Assembly (NCBI GenBank): GCA_965112635.1
Contig: OZ218778.1
Span: 2,240,001 to 2,304,000, forward strand
Source of the DNA: an uncultured bacterium
Lineage (GTDB): Bacteria > Oederibacteriota > Oederibacteriia > Oederibacteriales > Oederibacteriaceae
DNA: 64,000 bases
Direction: 5' to 3'
The stretch's first letter is position 1; each line of letters begins with the position of its first letter. The translations under genes were made by a program, and so were the position numbers. Shown here one piece after another: positions 1-10,207 of the stretch. Below the pieces are notes generated by a model. It did not search any database and was not told the DNA's origin. It saw nothing but the letters and a program-made list of their open reading frames with translations.

Positions 1-2
1 CG

Positions 3-1877
3 GGCAACGGCTCCGGGCTGCGCATCACCGGCGGGGCCGACGATACGACCATCCAGAACTGCTATATCCATGACAACCAGATGGGATTGATGTGCGACTC
101 CAACGACCACCTGCTCATCCAATACTGCGAGTTCAACTACAACGGCGCGCTGGGCAGCGGGCCTCCGCACAACATCTATATCGACACCTGCCAGAACGCG
201 ACCATCCAGTATTGCTACATCCATGACGCGCCCAATGGGTTCAATGTGAAGAGCCGCGGTCATTTCACGGCCCTTTTATACAACTACATCGCGAATTCAG
301 CCAACGGGGAAGTGAATTTTGTCGATGACACCACGACCACGCCGGCCAACAGCAACGCGGTCTTGATCGGCAACACCCTGGTCACTCTGGCAGGCCGTTC
401 TGGAAATGACTGGCAGAATGTCAATTTCGGCCAGGATATCGGAGGCGCCCATAATGGGACCATGTATGTCATAAACAATACGATGGTCGCCAACGATACG
501 CACATCGCGTTCTTAAATGCCTCTGCCGCCGGGGCCTCTATCGTGGCGACTAACAACATCATGGTAGGGAGCAACATTTTGGTCAACACCACCAACGGCC
601 CCAATTTTCCGGCCAATGTCTCAGGTTCCTATAACTGGGTCCCTAGTACGGCCACGATACCCGGCACCTTTGCCAACAGCGTCCTGGGGGCAGCGCCCGG
701 GTTTGTGAATCCCGGCGCTAACAATTATCACCTGCTGGCCTCTTCAGGATGCATCAATCAGGGGAAGAATCCGCCCCTTAATTATGTGGACGGCAGCGGG
801 AACTCCCAGTCAGGGGTCCCGGTCTACGAGTATGTACAGCAGCTCACCTTCACGGCCAGGGTCAGCGACGGCGCCCTGGATATCGGCGCTTATGAATATG
901 TGCCGAACCAAACGCCGACTTTTTCAGCGACGCCTTCTGCGACCCCCACGACGACCGCTACCAGGTCCGCAACCGCGACCACAAGCCAAACCCCGACCGC
1001 CAGCCAGACACCGACAGCCTCCAGCACGGCCACCCAGACCGCCACCTATACCATCACCCTGACCCCTTCCCAGACCCTGACTTCCAGCCAAACGTTTACT
1101 CCCAGCAATACGGCCACGATCACCAATACCTCTACCCAGACCAACACCTCTTCCCTGACCTTGACCTCGAGCCAGACCTCTACCCAAAGCCAAACCGGGA
1201 CGGCCACAACTACCTCAACCACGACCGCCACTAAGACGCAGACAGCGACCTCCACTCAGACCGGCACGGCCACCATGACCGGAACAGCTACGCTTACTTC
1301 CAGCCAAACCCTGACCTCCAGCCAGACCAGCACCGTGACCCAGACAGGAACAGCGACTAATACCCCCACGGTGACAGCCACGGCCACGCAGACCTATACA
1401 GCGACCCAGACTGCCACCATCACGCAGACTTTTACGGTCACTATGACCTCCACGGTGACCATGACCTCGACGCAGACCTATACCTCGACCCAGACCTCCA
1501 CGCCTTCGCAGACTCAGACCCCGTCCATGACCTTCACGCCTTCGTTGACTTTTACCAATACGCCGACTTTTATTACCACCCCGCCCACAATAGGCACCTC
1601 GTTTATTTACCCTTCGCCGGCAACAGGTGATTCAGCGACCATTGTTTACCTGATGCTAGGACCGGGGACTGTGAAGATACGGGTTTATAACGAAGCCGCG
1701 GAACTGGTGGCGACCATAGAAGAGCCAAGGCAGGGAGGGCCGCAGGCGAGTATTTTGGATGTCAGAAATTTTGTTTCCGGTGTTTACCTGTACATGGTCA
1801 GCATCAAATACAATTCCACATACACTTACCAGGGTTCTACCAAGATAGGGCCGAAAAAGTTTATAGTCCTTCGTTGA
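3..1877 (+). CDS. Secreted right-handed beta-helix protein with choice-of-anchor-Q-like motif, long T/S linker and T9SS-type-A/FlgD-Ig-like C-terminal domain (5' truncated)
   Basis: Frame open from position 3 (GNGSGLRITGGADDTTIQNCYIHDN...); beta-helix repeats; 'NYHLLASSGCINQG...DIGAYEY'; C-terminal 'IYPSPATG...VKIRVYN...SGVYLY...KKFIVLR'. Confidence 0.8.
   Translation, partial: GNGSGLRITGGADDTTIQNCYIHDNQMGLMCDSNDHLLIQYCEFNYNGALGSGPPHNIYIDTCQNATIQYCYIHDAPNGFNVKSRGHFTALLYNYIANSANGEVNFVDDTTTTPANSNAVLIGNTLVTLAGRSGNDWQNVNFGQDIGGAHNGTMYVINNTMVANDTHIAFLNASAAGASIVATNNIMVGSNILVNTTNGPNFPANVSGSYNWVPSTATIPGTFANSVLGAAPGFVNPGANNYHLLASSGCINQGKNPPLNYVDGSGNSQSGVPVYEYVQQLTFTARVSDGALDIGAYEYVPNQTPTFSATPSATPTTTATRSATATTSQTPTASQTPTASSTATQTATYTITLTPSQTLTSSQTFTPSNTATITNTSTQTNTSSLTLTSSQTSTQSQTGTATTTSTTTATKTQTATSTQTGTATMTGTATLTSSQTLTSSQTSTVTQTGTATNTPTVTATATQTYTATQTATITQTFTVTMTSTVTMTSTQTYTSTQTSTPSQTQTPSMTFTPSLTFTNTPTFITTPPTIGTSFIYPSPATGDSATIVYLMLGPGTVKIRVYNEAAELVATIEEPRQGGPQASILDVRNFVSGVYLYMVSIKYNSTYTYQGSTKIGPKKFIVLR
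912..1571 (+). repeat. Coding low-complexity tract of about 110 consecutive (T/S)-X dipeptides
   Basis: Read directly from the translation, from TP-TF-SA to TN-TP-TF. Confidence 0.9.
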
Positions 1878-1895
1878 GCGCTAAGCGATCTTCCG

Positions 1896-2486
1896 CTACT
1901 TTACGGTTTTGTGGCTGATCTTCTTGACGAGGGCTCCCTGGTTGCTGGCGACAGCGAGAATTTCCGAGGCAATTTGGTCGGCAATCTCCAGGCTCGCAAA
2001 AACAATGGCATACCTTCCCGTGATGGTCTGTCCGTCTGTGGTGGTGAATGCTGTCCGATAAACCGTCTGGGATTGGTTGTCCGGCTGGATGCCAAAACCG
2101 GGGTCGGTCACGACCGTGATGGAATTGATATAGTTCAAATCCACAAAAATGTCATGCTTGATGAGCTGGCCCGCCGAGTTGGGGTCGTTGTCCCACTCCC
2201 CAAAAGGCTGCCTGGTCGTGCTGTCCCCGCCGTTGATATCCGTGACCGAGGATTCGCCGTGCAACTGTATCCTGGCGTCGGTCACATACTCCGCGCTCTG
2301 GTTGTAGTACTGTTTGCACAGGCGATGGGTGTTGCCGAGGAAGAAATCCACCACAGCGGTAAAATTTCCATTGTCGTTTATATCGTTGACCAGCTGCTGT
2401 GCCGTGATCTCGCTATCGTCGGCCAGGGCCAGCCCCGCCAGATCAAACATGGCGGCTAATAAAATAAGTGCCATTATTTTTTTCAT
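1896..2486 (-). CDS. Hypothetical secreted protein
   Basis: Start MKKIMALILL with AAGGAGG RBS; signal peptide ending ALA. Confidence 0.7.
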   Translation of the reverse strand: MKKIMALILLAAMFDLAGLALADDSEITAQQLVNDINDNGNFTAVVDFFLGNTHRLCKQYYNQSAEYVTDARIQLHGESSVTDINGGDSTTRQPFGEWDNDPNSAGQLIKHDIFVDLNYINSITVVTDPGFGIQPDNQSQTVYRTAFTTTDGQTITGRYAIVFASLEIADQIASEILAVASNQGALVKKISHKTVK

Positions 2487-2595
2487 CAGGGAACCTCCTT
2501 TAAATAATTTGCGGCCTTTCATTGAAATGAATTACAGATATTAAGTATATCAAAGGCAAACATCGAAGGTAGCCCTGCCCACCAATCATGAATTT

Positions 2596-3468
2596 CTAAA
2601 AAGCGAAAGTTGGGCCGATAAAGAAGAATTGGTTGGTTTCCATGGGATCTTCAAAATAATCGATCTTTAGGGAAACACCGATGTCCCTGGTCACCAGAAT
2701 ATCCAGCCGGTTGCGGGTGGTGAAATAGGCCCGCTCGCCGGGGGCCATGCGGAAATAAAATCTATGGTCCAGCCTGATGAAGCGCATGATATTCAGCTCC
2801 AATTTTGCTCCCAGGGATAGGTAATTAAGCCAAGCACCCGTATTATCCATGGTGTAACCCTCCATGCCTCCCGTGCCGGTTGCCACCATGGTCATGCCGT
2901 ACTCTTCGCTGAAATATCCCACGAAAGGGGTCAGACGCATGAAATCATTTTTGTAAGACAGTCCCAGGGTGGGGTGAAAAGCAAACACAGAGGTATTCAA
3001 AGCTATTGAATCCGTACCCATGGTCTGAGCGATATTTCCCTGGAGGACCGAGTTAGTATCCAGGTAGTCCATCGCAAAACCAAAGGCTGGCTGCCAGATC
3101 TGGTCGGCAAACATATAGTAGTTTACATAGAACATAAAACCGTTCTCTACGGTGTTGTCCAATATAGAATAGTGGCCCAAGCAGCCGATGGACAGGCTGG
3201 GATTGGCATACATCATAAAAATCCCATAGAGTGGGCCGGATAGGCTGAGATTGGATGACCCCGGGATCACCACCGTATCGCTGGTCCAGCCCATCTGCGG
3301 AGCAAATAATACAACGGAATGTTTGGGCGATCCCTGGCTCTGCGCCGCGAGGGTGACCGGACTGGGGGCGGATAACATTTCTTGGGCATAAAGGCTTAGA
3401 TGAGACATAAAAGCCAAAGTGATTAAAATGCCCAATATGAGGCATAGATAGTTTTTACTGTTAATCAT
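2596..3468 (-). CDS. Hypothetical outer-membrane beta-barrel-like protein
   Basis: Signal peptide, alternating aromatic strands, C-terminal ...GPTFAF; start reassigned to MINSKN. Confidence 0.6.
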   Translation of the reverse strand: MINSKNYLCLILGILITLAFMSHLSLYAQEMLSAPSPVTLAAQSQGSPKHSVVLFAPQMGWTSDTVVIPGSSNLSLSGPLYGIFMMYANPSLSIGCLGHYSILDNTVENGFMFYVNYYMFADQIWQPAFGFAMDYLDTNSVLQGNIAQTMGTDSIALNTSVFAFHPTLGLSYKNDFMRLTPFVGYFSEEYGMTMVATGTGGMEGYTMDNTGAWLNYLSLGAKLELNIMRFIRLDHRFYFRMAPGERAYFTTRNRLDILVTRDIGVSLKIDYFEDPMETNQFFFIGPTFAF

Positions 3469-3557
3469 AAAACTTCTTTCATAGCGACATTTAAATACAG
3501 GCGTAATTTTACATTTTTTTCCAGATTTTGGTAGGTGCAATAAAAATTGGTTTAAGT

Positions 3558-3585
3558 TTGACAGATATCTGAAGGGGGATAGAAT
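3558..3585 (+). promoter_or_regulatory. Putative sigma70 promoter of the GH32 gene
   Basis: TTGACA-N16-TAGAAT. Confidence 0.5.
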
Positions 3586-3654
3586 TGTTGCTGGGCCGTA
3601 AATTATAAAACGCACACCCTTAAAGTGAGATGTATATTGGAAAATGAAGATAAC

Positions 3655-5178
3655 ATGAGTTCAAAAATACCTGCTATGTCTCATGGCCGGGCTTTGGTCT
3701 ACCAAAAAATATTGGACGCCTCAGCCAGGGATCCCCGGCGCTATACCGAACGGTACAGGCCGCAATACCACTTCACGCCGGTGGAGGGCTGGATCAACGA
3801 CCCCAACGGCCTGGTGTTCTTCAACGGGGAATATCACCTTTTTTACCAGCACAAGCATCCCGGGCTAACAGACCCCCTGACCTGGGGAAAGCATACCGGG
3901 TTGGCAGACCAGATGCACTGGGGCCACGCGGTCAGCCCTGACCTGATCCATTGGACCCATCTGGCCCCGGCCATCGAACCGGACAGCCTGGGCGCTATCT
4001 GGTCAGGAAGCGGCGTGGTGGATCAAAAGGACTCCAGTGGATTTTTCAACGGTAAACCCGGCCTGGTCTGCCTTTATACCTATATGGACCCCCAGGAACA
4101 GGGCCGTCAATCCGGCGCATTGGCTTACAGCGCGGACGGACGGCAGTTTTTTAAGTACGAAAAAAACCCGGTCATTCCGCAGCTGCGTTACTGGCCAGGA
4201 CAGGCCGATATTGTTGATTTCCGGGATTTCAAACTGTTCTGGCACGAACCGACCCAGCGCTGGGTGACCATCGTGGCCGGCGGAAAGGTGCGGTTTTTTT
4301 CCTCGTCAAACCTCGTCGAATGGAAGTTCGAAAGCGATAATGAGGGGCTGGATACCGAGTGCCCCGACCTTTTTGAACTTAGCGTGGATGGTGACCCTGG
4401 ACAGACCAGATGGGTGCTCAATGGCGCGGGACGCTGGTATGTGGTGGGCCGTTTTGACGGGCACAAATTTCTGCCTGAGTCCGCCAAGATACCCATGAAC
4501 TTCGGCCCTGATTCCTATGCCTCCCAGACCTGGAGCCACGAGCCCCAGGGCCGCTGTTTGATGACCTCCTGGCTTTTTTATTGGAGCTATCATAATGTCT
4601 GGCCGACCAAGCCGTTCGAAGGGGGCTGCCTGACCCTGACCCATGAGCTTAAATTGAAAACTTTTCCGGAGGGCTTGCGGCTGACCCAGACGCCCATCGA
4701 GGAAATGAAAAAAATACGCGGGAAGCCAAGGCAATGGAAGAGTCAGTTGGTCAAGCCTGGTATAAATTTGCTGGAGGTTGTCCATGGCACCGCGCTGGAG
4801 ATCGTGGCGGAATTTGAACTGGGTACGGCCAAGGAGTTTGGATTTAATGTATTCAAGGGTAAGATGGAGTGTACAAAGGTAGGGTATCGCGCCGGGGAAG
4901 GCAAACTTTTTGTGGACCGCCGTGAGTCAGGCCAGATGGTGGCCCCGGATTTTGGAAAAGTATTTGAAGCGTCGCTGGCTCCTGTGGCTAACCGGATCAA
5001 AATGCATATTTTTATCGATGAGTGCACGGTCGAGATTTTCGGCAATGAGGGCAGGGAAGTCATCACCTGCCTGGTACTGCCCGCGGCCGGGAGCGATGGA
5101 CTGGAACTTTTTGCCGTGTCCGGCGAGGTGCGCCTGTGCTCCCTAGAGGTCTATCCGCTGCATAGTATTTGGCACTAA
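3655..5178 (+). CDS. Glycoside hydrolase family 32 (levanase/fructan beta-fructosidase type)
   Basis: RPQYHFTP, WINDPNG, HWGHAVS, WSGS, RDF (RDP variant), ECPDLF; C-terminal beta-sandwich (IDECTVEIFGN). Confidence 0.92.
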   Translation: MSSKIPAMSHGRALVYQKILDASARDPRRYTERYRPQYHFTPVEGWINDPNGLVFFNGEYHLFYQHKHPGLTDPLTWGKHTGLADQMHWGHAVSPDLIHWTHLAPAIEPDSLGAIWSGSGVVDQKDSSGFFNGKPGLVCLYTYMDPQEQGRQSGALAYSADGRQFFKYEKNPVIPQLRYWPGQADIVDFRDFKLFWHEPTQRWVTIVAGGKVRFFSSSNLVEWKFESDNEGLDTECPDLFELSVDGDPGQTRWVLNGAGRWYVVGRFDGHKFLPESAKIPMNFGPDSYASQTWSHEPQGRCLMTSWLFYWSYHNVWPTKPFEGGCLTLTHELKLKTFPEGLRLTQTPIEEMKKIRGKPRQWKSQLVKPGINLLEVVHGTALEIVAEFELGTAKEFGFNVFKGKMECTKVGYRAGEGKLFVDRRESGQMVAPDFGKVFEASLAPVANRIKMHIFIDECTVEIFGNEGREVITCLVLPAAGSDGLELFAVSGEVRLCSLEVYPLHSIWH

Positions 5179-5228
5179 ATAAAAGTTATACTAGTTAATA
5201 TAGTGAGTGGATCCGAAAAAGGAGACTT

Positions 5229-5705
5229 ATGGTTCTAATAACTTATTTTACCCGCACTGAGAATAGCCGGGTGATCGCTGAAATGATCCGTCAGGCGACC
5301 GGGGGAGATATTTTTGAAATAAAGTCCGTCCAGCCCTATCCCGAGGACTATGACGCCTGCGTGAAGCAGGCGAAGAGCGAGCTCGAATCCGGCGCCCTGC
5401 CGGCTTTGCAGGGCAAAGTGGCGGAACTTAAGAAATACGATGTGGTCGTTATCGGATATCCCTGTTGGTGGAGTACTTTCCCGATGCCGGTCAAAACCTT
5501 TTTGACGGAAAACGATTTGTCCGGCAAGACCATCCTCCCGTTTTGCACGCACGAGGGCAGCGGCATGGGGAACAGCGTCGAAGACATTAAAAAGTTCTGT
5601 CCAAAAGCCAGAGTGCTGGAAGGTCTGGCCATCCGCGGGTCGAGCGTCAAATCCAGCCAAAGCAGGGTGCTGGACTGGCTCAAAGCCCTGAAAGTCATCA
5701 AGTAA
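5229..5705 (+). CDS. Flavodoxin (Flavodoxin_4 type)
   Basis: YFTRTENS, IGYPCWW, PFCTHEGSG motifs. Confidence 0.88.
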   Translation: MVLITYFTRTENSRVIAEMIRQATGGDIFEIKSVQPYPEDYDACVKQAKSELESGALPALQGKVAELKKYDVVVIGYPCWWSTFPMPVKTFLTENDLSGKTILPFCTHEGSGMGNSVEDIKKFCPKARVLEGLAIRGSSVKSSQSRVLDWLKALKVIK

Positions 5706-5726
5706 ATATAAGTGGAGGCCTAGGCA

Positions 5727-6017
5727 ATGTCAGTCTATCTGATCGTGGAAGCCACCAAGATCATCGACAAGCATAAATACGACGAGTATATCCGCAGGGC
5801 CCCGCAAACCATCCACAAATTCGCCGGAAGATACCTTGTCCGCGGGGGCCAGGTCAAGTTTTTAGCCGGAAAATGGAAGCCCGAACGCCTCATCATCATC
5901 GAGTTCCAGACCATGCAGGAGTTCGAGGGCTGGTGGAATTCGCCTGAGTACGCCGCTGTGGCGCCCTTGCGCGAGCAGGGAGCCGAGACCAACGCCATCG
6001 TGATCGAGGGCCTGTGA
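5727..6017 (+). CDS. DUF1330 family protein
   Basis: GRYLVRGG, IIEF, WWNSPEY motifs. Confidence 0.88.
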   Translation: MSVYLIVEATKIIDKHKYDEYIRRAPQTIHKFAGRYLVRGGQVKFLAGKWKPERLIIIEFQTMQEFEGWWNSPEYAAVAPLREQGAETNAIVIEGL

Positions 6018-7492
6018 GCGGCGTGTTTTTGTCCAAATCAAAGTTCCTCAACGGCCTGCAGTGCCCCAAACTCCTGTGGTACGCCATCCACAAGCCCAGC
6101 GCTTTTCCGGAACCCGGCCCCGCGGTGCAGGCGGCGTTTGACCAGGGTAACCAGGTGGGCGAACTGGCCCGCACTCTTTTCCCGGGCGGGATAAAGCTGG
6201 AAAGGGAACACAATCCCCTGGCCCAGTCCAGGAAATCCCTGGAAGCCGCCAAAGCCCGCAAACCGCTTTTTGAGGCTGGTTTTGTTTTTGGCCGTGCTTA
6301 CGCCCTGGCCGATATCCTTGTCCCTGTTGCGGCCAACCGCTGGGACTTGATCGAGGTCAAAAGCTCCACGGGGGTCAGGGAAGAGCATTTGTTGGACACG
6401 GCCTATCAACGGTGGACTTACGAGGGCGCAGGGCTGTCCATCAACAACTGCTCGGTCATGTACCTGGACAGGGAATATGTGCGTGAAGAAAAGCTGGAGC
6501 CGGAAAAACTATTGGCACAGCAGGATGTGACCAGCCAAACTTTAGAGCTGGTGCCCCAGGTCATCCGGGAGGCCGCCAGGTTGCGGCAAGTGTTGGACCA
6601 AAAGCAGGCGCCGGAGATCAAAATCGGACCTCAATGCCGTACTCCCCACGAGTGCCCGCTGATGGAAATGTGCTGGGGGTTTTTACCCCAGGAAGACGGT
6701 GTTTTTTCCTTGGTCAGCGGGACCCAAAAAGCGTTCCGCTGGATGGGGCAGGGGATATTGAGCCTGGCTGGCCTGCCGGAAAAAGCCAAGCTCTCGCCAA
6801 AGCAGGCCATCCAGGTCGGATGCGTCAGAAGCAAACAGCCCTACGCGGACAAAAAAGGGATCAAAATATTCCTCGGTGGCCTGGCCTACCCGCTTTATTT
6901 CCTGGATTTTGAGACCATGGGGCTGGCTATCCCGCCCTATAGCCGGTCCAGCCCCTATGAAAATATCCCTTTCCAATACTCCTTGTTCGTGGTCAAAGAA
7001 AAAGGGGCCCGGCCGCAGGGCCACGCCTACCTGGCTCCGGGCGATATCGACCCGAGGCCGGAGATCCTCAAACAGCTCAAGTCCCTGCTGGGCGCCAAAG
7101 GCTCTATCGTCGCCTACAACGACGCTTTTGAAAAAGGCGTGCTGCGGGATTCCGCTGAAGCGTATCCGCAATACAAAAACTGGGCGGCCCGGACGAACAA
7201 GAGGATGGCGGACCTGCTGGAGCCTTTTAGGAGGTTCCTCTACTACCATCCGGCACAGCAGGGCAGCGCCTCGCTCAAGGCCGTGCTGCCGTGTCTGACC
7301 AGCCTGAGCTACGAAGGGATGGGGATCGCCAACGGTGCCGTGGCCACCAGCGACTACTGCCGGGTGACCTTTGGCCAAACCGTGGACCCCAGGGACAAAG
7401 AGGCGGTGAGGGCGAACCTGGAAAAATATTGCGACCTGGACACCGCTGGGATGATCGAAATCGTGGAAAAACTCAGGGAGCTAGCCGGTTAA
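6014..7492 (+). CDS. DUF2779 domain protein (PD-(D/E)xK nuclease-like N-terminus plus RNase H/DEDD-like C-terminus)
   Basis: LSKSKF..GLQCPK..W, ADIL..IEVKSST, C..PHECP....C, FLDFET, IPFQYS, YNDAFEK, SLKAVLP, YCDLDT. Confidence 0.82.
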   Translation: MSGVFLSKSKFLNGLQCPKLLWYAIHKPSAFPEPGPAVQAAFDQGNQVGELARTLFPGGIKLEREHNPLAQSRKSLEAAKARKPLFEAGFVFGRAYALADILVPVAANRWDLIEVKSSTGVREEHLLDTAYQRWTYEGAGLSINNCSVMYLDREYVREEKLEPEKLLAQQDVTSQTLELVPQVIREAARLRQVLDQKQAPEIKIGPQCRTPHECPLMEMCWGFLPQEDGVFSLVSGTQKAFRWMGQGILSLAGLPEKAKLSPKQAIQVGCVRSKQPYADKKGIKIFLGGLAYPLYFLDFETMGLAIPPYSRSSPYENIPFQYSLFVVKEKGARPQGHAYLAPGDIDPRPEILKQLKSLLGAKGSIVAYNDAFEKGVLRDSAEAYPQYKNWAARTNKRMADLLEPFRRFLYYHPAQQGSASLKAVLPCLTSLSYEGMGIANGAVATSDYCRVTFGQTVDPRDKEAVRANLEKYCDLDTAGMIEIVEKLRELAG

Positions 7493-7495
7493 AGT

Positions 7496-8824
7496 CTATT
7501 TCTTACCCTGCTGGGCCATCCGGTCCTTCACGAAGTAAAGGGTATCCTTGAGGCTGTAGAGCATGGGGATGTATTTGCGCGAAACACGCACCCGGTTGGT
7601 GCGCTCCTCCAAATGATCCATCCGCTCCTTAAGGTCCGGCGTCGGGGGCTTGTTCCCGAGTTTGTTGAGCTCGGATTCCAGCCAGTTGAGCTCGCCGTAG
7701 AGCAAAAATATCCTACGTTGCATTCCCCAACCGTACAAAGCGGTAAGGCCTTTGACCAGAGGGTACATCAGCCCGATGACGGGGATGAGCAGGACCACGA
7801 ATTGCTCCAAAAGGACGGCCAGCCAGAAAGGCAGGAAACGCTGCAGGAAAGGCTTGCCGGACTTGTAGTAGTGCCGTGCCTCCGGGCTCAAGGGGAACTC
7901 CAGGGAATCCGGGGCCGGGAACTCGCCGGCCTTGTGCATCAAGCCCCGGCGGCTGTGCACTTGGCTCATGACCTCCATCAAAAGGTACTGGAGGGCCGGG
8001 TGCATGTCCCCGCGCACGATGAGGCTGGTTTTGGCGGCCAGGAGGTTGAGGTCGTGCGGCGGGTCGTCTTTTTCGAGGTTAAAAACACCGGCCGGCAGGG
8101 TGACCTTGCTGAGCGAGGGAAAGAGCGCCACATAGGCATCCGCGCGGGTGAAGTTGGCCACGTCGATCCCTTCGGTACGCACCAGCTTGCGCACCACGGG
8201 CGAGGCCAGGGAACTCACGATGACCGCCGCGTCGATCTTATCCGACAAGAGGGCCTTTTCGGTCTCCTCGGGCAGGTAGCTCAAAGCCTTGAAAGAGCCG
8301 ATATCAAGCGCGTTGCGTTTCAAAAGTTGGTTGAAAAGCACTCTGGAGTTACTGCCTTCCGGGCCTATGGAGACCCGTTTGCCTTTTAATGAGAAAAGGC
8401 CGCGGTCCGTGATCGTGTGGTGGGCGAAGAACCACATGGGCTCGTAACCAATGGTGCCCAGCGATAATAGTTCTTCTGTGTCGGTTTCTTCGGAAAGGCC
8501 GCTCATGACAAAACCCGCCTGCACTCCGGAACGGGGGTCGTTCAACCGATTGAGGTTGTCCATACAGCCTTCCGTGGGGACGACGATCAGGTCAACGCCT
8601 TGCTTTTCCAGCAGGGCTTTGTAGCGCTTGCCAAAGACCTCGTAGGCGCTTCCCTCGGGGCCGCAGGCCATGATGATGGTGCGGGGAGGCAGGGGATGGA
8701 ATAAAAATATGAGCCAGATGACCGTAGCCAAGATGATCACGCTGGAGACCAGCATGGTTTTGACGCTGTGGTGGGCCAGAAAATGATGGAAACCGTGGAT
8801 ATATTTTTCTTTAAAATCGGCCAT
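7496..8824 (-). CDS. TAXI-family TRAP solute-binding protein with C-terminal membrane helix
   Basis: ACGPEGSAY, TEGCMDNL, YEPMWFF, SLKGKRVSIGPEGS, PFLQRFLPFW. Confidence 0.85.
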   Translation of the reverse strand: MADFKEKYIHGFHHFLAHHSVKTMLVSSVIILATVIWLIFLFHPLPPRTIIMACGPEGSAYEVFGKRYKALLEKQGVDLIVVPTEGCMDNLNRLNDPRSGVQAGFVMSGLSEETDTEELLSLGTIGYEPMWFFAHHTITDRGLFSLKGKRVSIGPEGSNSRVLFNQLLKRNALDIGSFKALSYLPEETEKALLSDKIDAAVIVSSLASPVVRKLVRTEGIDVANFTRADAYVALFPSLSKVTLPAGVFNLEKDDPPHDLNLLAAKTSLIVRGDMHPALQYLLMEVMSQVHSRRGLMHKAGEFPAPDSLEFPLSPEARHYYKSGKPFLQRFLPFWLAVLLEQFVVLLIPVIGLMYPLVKGLTALYGWGMQRRIFLLYGELNWLESELNKLGNKPPTPDLKERMDHLEERTNRVRVSRKYIPMLYSLKDTLYFVKDRMAQQGKK

Positions 8825-8967
8825 GAACGACTCCTTTCAGCAAGATGACGGAAATAATTCCAAAAAGATTATAACTCAATCCGTACTGATTAAAAGTCCA
8901 TTAAATGACTTTCATCCACTTGTTTGGCCGGTACAATTGGTTTATCATCAACCCTTGAGGTGACCCG

Positions 8968-9696
8968 ATGAGTATTAAGAAAAGTCAAAACGCGACCCTG
9001 CCAACCCCGGAAACGCATTATCAAGGGAACACCCTGAGGGACGTGATCCTGGGAGGCCAGGACGGACTGGTCAATGTCCTGGGTGTCATCTTCGGGGCTT
9101 CCGCCGCTACCTCGGACCCCAAGATCATCATCGGGGTGAGCCTGGCCGCTACTTTTGCCGAAACCCTGTCCATGACCGCCGTGGCCTATACTTCCTTTAA
9201 ATCCGAGAAAGAACATTACGAGAGCGAACTAGCCAGGGAAAAATGGGAAATAGAAGAGCTCCCGGAAAGGGAGACCGAAGAGATCAGGGAGATCTACCAG
9301 AAAAAGGGTTTTAAAGGCGACCTGCTGAACAGGATCGTCAAGAAGATCGTTTCCGATAAGCAGATCTGGCTGGACATCATGATGAGCGAGGAGCTCGGGT
9401 TTGCCGCGCCGATGCCCTGGTCGGCTGTTTACAAAACAACGGCAGTGGTGGGGATATCCACCCTGCTGGGTTCTCTTGTCCCGCTTTTTCCCTATTTTAT
9501 TTTTCCCCAAGACCTGCGACTTGTTGCTTCCGTTCTAGTCTCCGCCCTGGTTTTGTTCGGGATAGGGTTTTATAAGGCCAAGGTCATGGCCGGCAAATAT
9601 TGGCGAAGCGCTTTGGAGATGATGTTCATCGGCCTCATCGCGGCCGTGGCCGGCTACGCGGTCAGCCTTTTGTTCACCAGGGGCTATACGTCTTAG
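8968..9696 (+). CDS. VIT1/CCC1 family Fe/Mn transporter
   Basis: LRDVILGGQDGLV, AETLSM, REKWEI..PE.E..EI, MMSEELG. Confidence 0.9.
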   Translation: MSIKKSQNATLPTPETHYQGNTLRDVILGGQDGLVNVLGVIFGASAATSDPKIIIGVSLAATFAETLSMTAVAYTSFKSEKEHYESELAREKWEIEELPERETEEIREIYQKKGFKGDLLNRIVKKIVSDKQIWLDIMMSEELGFAAPMPWSAVYKTTAVVGISTLLGSLVPLFPYFIFPQDLRLVASVLVSALVLFGIGFYKAKVMAGKYWRSALEMMFIGLIAAVAGYAVSLLFTRGYTS

Positions 9697-9706
9697 GAGG
9701 GGGAAA

Positions 9707-10207
9707 ATGGCCAGTTGCAGTTATTGCGGCACCACGATCCTTTTCGGAGGGATCCGGCAGGATGAATACCTTTTTTGCGGGGCCAAATGCGCCAGGCAGG
9801 GCGCGGCCCTGGTCCACGCCAAGGACATCTCCCTGAACCTGGCCGAAAAAACGGCGCGGGAGATCTTTTTCGGCGATTGCCCCCGCTGCCATGGCAAAGG
9901 GCCGGTGGACCTCCATACTTCCTACGAAGTGCTGTCCTTCCTGTTTATGACCCGCTACAGCAGCCATCCGTCCATCTGCTGCCGCTCCTGTGGGAACAAG
10001 CAAAGGCTCAAGGGATTCCTCTACACCTTTTTCCTGGGCTGGTGGGGTTTTCCCTGGGGGCTCGTGATGACCCCGTGGTATCTCGCCAAGAACCTTTTTG
10101 GGATCATGCACCCTACGGAAACCAATCTGCCCTCGGAAGCTTTGGTCAGGATCGTGCGCGTCAATATCGCGGCCCAGGCTTTGGCGCAGAAGAAAATGCA
10201 GGCCTGA
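9707..10207 (+). CDS. Cys-rich (TRASH/zinc-ribbon-like) membrane protein, copy 1
   Basis: CSYCG...FCGAKC, CPRCHG, CCRSC, then hydrophobic FLGWWGFPWG; RBS GGAGG. Confidence 0.8.
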   Translation: MASCSYCGTTILFGGIRQDEYLFCGAKCARQGAALVHAKDISLNLAEKTAREIFFGDCPRCHGKGPVDLHTSYEVLSFLFMTRYSSHPSICCRSCGNKQRLKGFLYTFFLGWWGFPWGLVMTPWYLAKNLFGIMHPTETNLPSEALVRIVRVNIAAQALAQKKMQA

